NCBI GenBank assembly: GCA_942491925.1
Contig: CALOCJ010000008.1
Location: 91,006-155,005, forward strand
Length of the DNA: 64,000 nucleotides
Reading direction: 5' to 3'
From: Synechococcales cyanobacterium
GTDB taxonomy: Bacteria > Cyanobacteriota > Cyanobacteriia > PCC-6307 > Cyanobiaceae
Positions 58,921 through 64,000 of this stretch are shown piece after piece. Position numbers and translations under genes: made by a program. A model generated the notes under the pieces. The model made no database searches. It was not told the DNA's origin and was given only the letters and a program-made list of their open reading frames with translations. Numbering within the stretch: position 1 is the stretch's first letter; each line of letters starts with the position of its first letter.

Positions 58921-59676
58921 GTGCGGATTTCCTACTTCCACAGCTTCGAAACCGTCCCCCCGGTGATGGGCCCCGCGGAGGGAGGACCAGACGCCGCTGT
59001 GGTGATCGACGTGCTGCGAGCCACCACCACGATTGCCTGGGCACTGCAGAACGGAGCGGAGGCGATCCAGGCCTTCGCCGATCTCGATCAGCTTGACCTC
59101 GCCGCCAGGGCCTGGCCCGCCGAACAACGACTGCGGGCCGGTGAACGGGGCGGCAGCCGGCTGGCGGGGTTTGACCTGGGCAATTCCCCCCTCGCCGTGA
59201 CCAGGGAGGTGGTGGGGGGCAAGCGGATCTTCATGAGCACCACCAATGGCACCCGTTCCCTGGATTGTGTGCGGAATGTGCCCTTGTTGCTCACCGCCTG
59301 TCTGCCGAACCGCAGTGCCGTGGCGGCCAGGCTGGTGGAGCGGGGTTGCGAGCGGGTCTGGATCGTGGGCAGCGGTTGGGAGGGGGCCTATTCCCTGGAG
59401 GACAGCCTGGGGGCTGGGGCCCTGGCCTCCGTGGTGATGGAGGCCGCGGTGGCTCCCCACCAGGTGGTGAGCTGTGGCAACGACGAGATGCTCGCCGCCC
59501 TGGCGTTATGGCAGGAATGGCGCCATGACACCGAGACCTGCCTGCGGGCCGCGAGCCACGGCCAGCGGCTCGCGGCCCTGGGAGACCACGACTCCGATTT
59601 TGCCTGCTGTGCCGCGGTGGACACCCTGACGATCGTGCCGATTCAGGCGGAGCCAGGGGTTCTGCGGGCCAGTTGA
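58921..59676 (+). CDS. comB: 2-phosphosulfolactate phosphatase family
   Basis: [29 protein letters not shown]. Confidence 0.93.
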   Translation: MRISYFHSFETVPPVMGPAEGGPDAAVVIDVLRATTTIAWALQNGAEAIQAFADLDQLDLAARAWPAEQRLRAGERGGSRLAGFDLGNSPLAVTREVVGGKRIFMSTTNGTRSLDCVRNVPLLLTACLPNRSAVAARLVERGCERVWIVGSGWEGAYSLEDSLGAGALASVVMEAAVAPHQVVSCGNDEMLAALALWQEWRHDTETCLRAASHGQRLAALGDHDSDFACCAAVDTLTIVPIQAEPGVLRAS

Positions 59677-59748
59677 GATCTCTCCCGTCTCCCCCCTTGT
59701 GCCTTCGGATCAAGCCCCTACAGTTCGCCGGTTCCGCCCGGTCGTTCG

Positions 59749-60567
59749 GTGAGCAGTTTTCTGGCAGCAGCCCTGCAACTCACCAGTACCCCAGACCCGG
59801 ATCACAATTTCACGGCCGCCGAGGACCAGATCGAGATGGCGGCCCGGCGCGGCGCCGAGCTGGTGGGGCTGCCCGAGAACTTCGCCTTCATGGGGGACGA
59901 CGAGCTGCGGCTGCAGCTGGCTCCCTCCCTGGCGGAGCGGTGCAGTCGATTCCTGGTCACCATGGCCCGGCGCTATCAGGTGACCCTGCTGGGCGGGGGC
60001 TTCCCGGTTCCGGCCGGGGAGGGTCTGACCATCAACCGCGCCGAGCTGGTGGGCAAGGAAGGCCAGTTGCTGGCCCGCTACGACAAGATCCACCTCTTCG
60101 ATGTGGACATCCCCGATGGCATCACCTACCGGGAGTCAGCCACGGTTCAGCCCGGCCATGACCTGCCTCCTGTTGCCGATGCGCCAGGGCTGTGTCGGAT
60201 CGGTCTCTCCATCTGTTACGACGTGCGATTCCCGGAGCTCTATCGCCATCTGGCCGGTGCCGGCGCCGACCTCCTGATGGTGCCCGCCGCCTTCACCGCC
60301 TACACCGGCAAGGATCATTGGCAGGTCCTGCTCCAGTCCCGGGCAATCGAGAACACCACCTATGTGGTTGCCCCCGCCCAGACCGGCATCCACTACGGCA
60401 GACGCCAGACCCACGGTCACGCCCTGGTGATCGACCCCTGGGGCACGGTGCTGGCAGACGCCGGTCAGGCGCCCGGGCTGGCCATGGCACCGGTGGACAC
60501 GGACCATGTGGGCCGGGTGCGGGCTCAGATGCCGAGCCTGCAGCACCGGCGACCCGCCTTGTTCTGA
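59749..60567 (+). CDS. Carbon-nitrogen hydrolase (Nit1-like)
   Basis: LPE, YDKIHLFD, ICYDVRFPE (E-K-C triad). Confidence 0.93.
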   Translation: MSSFLAAALQLTSTPDPDHNFTAAEDQIEMAARRGAELVGLPENFAFMGDDELRLQLAPSLAERCSRFLVTMARRYQVTLLGGGFPVPAGEGLTINRAELVGKEGQLLARYDKIHLFDVDIPDGITYRESATVQPGHDLPPVADAPGLCRIGLSICYDVRFPELYRHLAGAGADLLMVPAAFTAYTGKDHWQVLLQSRAIENTTYVVAPAQTGIHYGRRQTHGHALVIDPWGTVLADAGQAPGLAMAPVDTDHVGRVRAQMPSLQHRRPALF

Positions 60568-60572
60568 ACCGG

Positions 60573-61697
60573 ATGACACCCTTCGCGATGGGGATCGCTC
60601 CGAAAACGGGCCGGGGGCGAGTCTTTGCCTGGCCGTTGCTCCTGCTGCTGGCTGCCATGACCGTGGCGGCCGAGCTACCCGCCCGGGCTGCCAGCGCCCT
60701 GGCCGCCTGGCGCATGAACCGTGACGGCGTCCTGGAATTGCGTACCTCGCCGGGGGTCCAGCTCCAGGCCTTTTATGAAGAGGCCAGTGGGGGCACCGGT
60801 CCCCGGGTCTGGGTGGATCTGCCGGGCGCTCCGCTGCGCACCCGCAGCATCCGCGCCAGCGGTGCCCTCCGGGAGGTGCGGATCGGCAAGCCCGAGCCCA
60901 CCGTCACCCGCATCGTGCTGGAGTTTGCCCCCGGGACCCGTCTCGATCCCCGGCAGCTCAGGCTGGTGGGCACCTCCCGGGACCGATGGCGGTTGGAGTT
61001 CAAGGGTCTGTCGAAGCGGGGTCTGCGCACGATCGGGGAGGGGGATCTCACCGCCAGTCCCCCCACCACCAGAAGCTGGATCACCCGCCAGCCCACCACC
61101 TCCGGCCGCCCCCTCAGCACCCAGGGGCTTCCATCGGTTCCGCGAGGCCGCTACCGGGTGGTGATCGACCCGGGCCACGGCGGACCCGATCCCGGTGCCA
61201 TCGGTATCGGCGGCCTGCGGGAGACCAATGTGGTGCTGGATGTGGCCCTGCAGGTGGCCCAGTTGCTGCAGGCCCAGGGGGTGCAGGTGGTCATGACCCG
61301 CACTTCCGAGGTGGATGTGGACCTGCCGCCGCGGGTATCCCTCGCCAATCGCAGCCGGGCTGACGCCTTCGTGAGCCTGCACGCCAATGCCCTGAGCATG
61401 GCCCGTCCCGACGTGAACGGCATCGAAACCTTCTATTACCAGGGGGGGCGCTCCCTTCAGCTGGCAAGCGCCATCCAGCGGGAACTGATGGCGGTATCAC
61501 CGGGAACCCCCAATCGGGGTACCAAGCCGGGCCGCTTCTATGTGATCCGCCGCACGGTGATGCCCGCGGCCCTGGCCGAGATGGGCTTCGTCACCGGCCG
61601 GATCGACTCGCCACGACTGGCCGATCCGAATTTCCGCCGGCGCCTGGCCCAGGCCGTCTCCGCCGGCATTCTCAATTATCTGCGGGGTTCCTCTTGA
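60573..61697 (+). CDS. N-acetylmuramoyl-L-alanine amidase (AMIN + Amidase_3)
   Basis: IDPGHGG.DPGA, E, SLHAN, EMGF. Confidence 0.94.
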   Translation: MTPFAMGIAPKTGRGRVFAWPLLLLLAAMTVAAELPARAASALAAWRMNRDGVLELRTSPGVQLQAFYEEASGGTGPRVWVDLPGAPLRTRSIRASGALREVRIGKPEPTVTRIVLEFAPGTRLDPRQLRLVGTSRDRWRLEFKGLSKRGLRTIGEGDLTASPPTTRSWITRQPTTSGRPLSTQGLPSVPRGRYRVVIDPGHGGPDPGAIGIGGLRETNVVLDVALQVAQLLQAQGVQVVMTRTSEVDVDLPPRVSLANRSRADAFVSLHANALSMARPDVNGIETFYYQGGRSLQLASAIQRELMAVSPGTPNRGTKPGRFYVIRRTVMPAALAEMGFVTGRIDSPRLADPNFRRRLAQAVSAGILNYLRGSS

Positions 61698-62515
61698 GCC
61701 TGCTTGTGGGCCTGTTCGACAGCGGCCTGGGGGGCTTGACCGTTCTGCGCCAGGTGCACAAGCTCTACCCCCACACGCGCTGCATCTATCTGGGGGATAC
61801 GGCCCGGGTCCCCTACGGCCAGCGCTCCAAGAATGAGATCCGGGCGATCGCTGCCGAAGTGGTGCGATGGCTGCGGCTGCAGGGGGTGGGGGTGTTGGTG
61901 ATGGCCTGCAACACCTCCAACGCCCTGGCCCTGGATGTGGCGGTGGCCGAAGCCGGCGTGCCCGTCCTGGGGCTGATCGACAGCGTGGCCGCCGAAGTGA
62001 ACAGCGACCATGTCGGGGTCCTGGCGACCCCGGCCACCGCCGCCAGCGGCGCCTACCGGAGGGCCGTTCATGCCAGTCGGCCTTCCGCCCGGGTGGTGGA
62101 GGTGCCCTGCCCCGCCTTCGTACCCCTGATCGAAGCCGGAGATCTGCAGGCCGATGCCCTCCGCCAGGCGGCCATCGCCTACCTGGCACCGCTTCTGGAG
62201 GCCGGTGTGGACACGATTGTGCTGGGTTGTACCCATTACCCCCTGCTGCGTCCTCTGCTGGCCGATCTCCTGCCGCCCGACATGCAGCTGGTGGATCCCG
62301 CCAAGGCGGCGGCCCAGCGGCTCGGCCCCCTCCTGGCCAGCCTTGGCGATGTGCCGGAGGTGGAATCCATGGAACCGGTGGATCCGCCCATGCTCCGCTC
62401 GCGCTTCTTCGTCACCGGACCGGCTGAAGCCTTTGCTGAAGCCGCCACCTTCTGGCTCGGCAGCCGTCCCCCCGTTCGCACGGTCAGCCTGCAGTCCCTC
62501 GTCCGCGCCTTCTAG
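61694..62515 (+). CDS. murI: Glutamate racemase
   Basis: FDSGLGGLTV, ACNT, LGCTHYP. Confidence 0.97.
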   Translation: MSLLVGLFDSGLGGLTVLRQVHKLYPHTRCIYLGDTARVPYGQRSKNEIRAIAAEVVRWLRLQGVGVLVMACNTSNALALDVAVAEAGVPVLGLIDSVAAEVNSDHVGVLATPATAASGAYRRAVHASRPSARVVEVPCPAFVPLIEAGDLQADALRQAAIAYLAPLLEAGVDTIVLGCTHYPLLRPLLADLLPPDMQLVDPAKAAAQRLGPLLASLGDVPEVESMEPVDPPMLRSRFFVTGPAEAFAEAATFWLGSRPPVRTVSLQSLVRAF

Positions 62516-62538
62516 GATCCGCTCACCGTGGAGACGAT

Positions 62539-63510
62539 GTGGGGACGGTTGCCGAGTTGCTCCAACCGATCGAGGCCGACCTCGATGCGTTGCTGGCAGA
62601 CCTTCGCCATCTGATCGGCGCGGGCCATCCGATCCTTCAGGCTGCCGCCGAACATCTTTTTGCGGCCGGCGGCAAGCGCCTGCGCCCCGGCATCGTGCTG
62701 CTGATCTCCCGGGCCATCGCCCCGGATGGCAGCCTCGGGTCCAGGCACCGCCGCCTGGCGGAAATCACGGAGATGATCCACACCGCCTCCCTCGTCCACG
62801 ACGATGTGGTCGACGAGGCGGCCACCCGTCGCGGTGTGGCGACGGTCCACAGCCGGTTCAACCACAGGGTGGCCGTGCTGGCGGGCGATTTCCTGTTCGC
62901 CCAGGCCAGCTGGCACCTCGCCAACCTGGACGATCTGGTGGTGGTGAAACTGCTCTCCCGGGTGATCATGGATCTGGCCGATGGCGAAGTACGCCAGGGC
63001 CTCTATCGCTACGACACGGGCCAGAGTTTCGAGACCTACCTCGAAAAGAGCTATTGCAAAACTGCTTCCCTGATCGCCAACAGCTCCAAGGCGGCCGGCG
63101 TGCTCTCCGGCCTGCCGGAGAACCGGCTCGACGCCCTGTATCGATTCGGGCGGCAGCTGGGCCTGGCTTTCCAGGTGGTGGATGACATCCTGGATTTCAC
63201 CGCCAGCGACCAGCAGCTCGGCAAGCCTGCCGCCAGTGATCTGGCTTCCGGTTATCTCACCGCTCCGGTGTTGTTCGCCCTGGAGGAGCGGCCAGCCCTG
63301 GCCGGTCTGATCGAGCGGGAGTTCTGCGAACCCGACGATCTGGCCCAGGCCCTCGAACTGGTGCGCGACTGCGAAGCGATCGCACGGTCCCGCGCCCTGG
63401 CGGAGACGTTCGCCCGGGAGGCCCATGAGGCCATCGATTGGTTGCCGAACTCGGAGCCCAGGAGCGCCCTGCGGGGCCTGCCGGAGTTCGTGCTCAGCCG
63501 CCTTTACTGA
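62539..63510 (+). CDS. sds: Solanesyl diphosphate synthase
   Basis: GGKRLRP, HDDVVD, RRG, KTA, FQVVDDILD. Confidence 0.94.
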   Translation: MGTVAELLQPIEADLDALLADLRHLIGAGHPILQAAAEHLFAAGGKRLRPGIVLLISRAIAPDGSLGSRHRRLAEITEMIHTASLVHDDVVDEAATRRGVATVHSRFNHRVAVLAGDFLFAQASWHLANLDDLVVVKLLSRVIMDLADGEVRQGLYRYDTGQSFETYLEKSYCKTASLIANSSKAAGVLSGLPENRLDALYRFGRQLGLAFQVVDDILDFTASDQQLGKPAASDLASGYLTAPVLFALEERPALAGLIEREFCEPDDLAQALELVRDCEAIARSRALAETFAREAHEAIDWLPNSEPRSALRGLPEFVLSRLY

Positions 63511-64000
63511 TCCGGTTCCTCCCACCACGCATCACCCTCCAGTCTCACGGAGGTGAGAGAACGAAGGCAGCGCACCCCTGGCGGGTAGGTGGAGGGTCCC
63601 ACCCCTTCAGGCAGCAGCACAAATACCTGGCAGCCCGCCGCGATCGCAGCCCTGGCTCCGGCCGGTGAATCTTCGAAGGCCCAGCATCGCTGGGCTGCCA
63701 CCTGCAGACGTCGGCAGGCGAGCAGATAGGGATCGGGCTCCGGTTTGCCGTTGCGGAGATCGGGATCATCACCGAGAACCCGCAGCTCAATCGTGTTCAA
63801 CCAGGGATGGGGGGCCAGCTTGAGATCCACGGCCTCACTGGCGCTGCTGGTCACGATCGCCATCGGCACATCCAGTTTCCTGCAGAGCTCCACCAGGTCC
63901 CGGGCGCCCGGCAGGGCTGGCGCCCCCGGTAGGAGGCGACGGGCAATCGGCTGCTGGATCGCCAGCAGGTCGTCGGCCGTCGGCACCGTCTGGCCGGCGG
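63504..64000 (-). CDS. HAD-IA family phosphatase (5' end outside the window)
   Basis: IVTSS, GKPEPDPY, FEDS..G..AA..AG. Confidence 0.88.
   Translation of the reverse strand, partial: AGQTVPTADDLLAIQQPIARRLLPGAPALPGARDLVELCRKLDVPMAIVTSSASEAVDLKLAPHPWLNTIELRVLGDDPDLRNGKPEPDPYLLACRRLQVAAQRCWAFEDSPAGARAAIAAGCQVFVLLPEGVGPSTYPPGVRCLRSLTSVRLEGDAWWEEPDQ

Overview
GC-rich chromosome of a picocyanobacterium (Cyanobium/Synechococcus type, inferred from the split rpoC1/rpoC2, an hli gene, an NblR-like regulator and gene order). The window is mostly core genome: dxr, ribD, GH116, cobL/cbiET, NAD kinase, pheS, surE, ribF, hisD, rpsT-tatD-rpoB-rpoC1-rpoC2-hli-rlmN, a Na+/solute symporter, a bioF-bioK/H-bioC-bioD-bioA operon, a Ski2/HelY-like helicase, ubiD, comB, a nitrilase, an amidase, murI and sds. 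AT-richer accessory genes for surface decoration are inserted into it: two AT3-SGNH O-acyltransferases, a solitary sulfotransferase, and a ~6 kb island (PEP-CTERM-like protein, two sulfotransferases, a GT4-methyltransferase fusion, a GT61). I saw no tRNA, rRNA, CRISPR array, integrase or transposase. Best leads that the ORF track misses or misreads: a ~170-nt structured element upstream of NAD kinase, a structured rpoB leader, a 1-nt frameshift hiding the true N-terminus of the GT4-MTase, a 15-bp repeat with one 13-bp unit at the 5' end of cobL, a 57-aa membrane ORF between bioD and bioA, and C10 tracts at accessory surface genes. None is a proven new system. All calls come from motif recognition by eye, without database searches.
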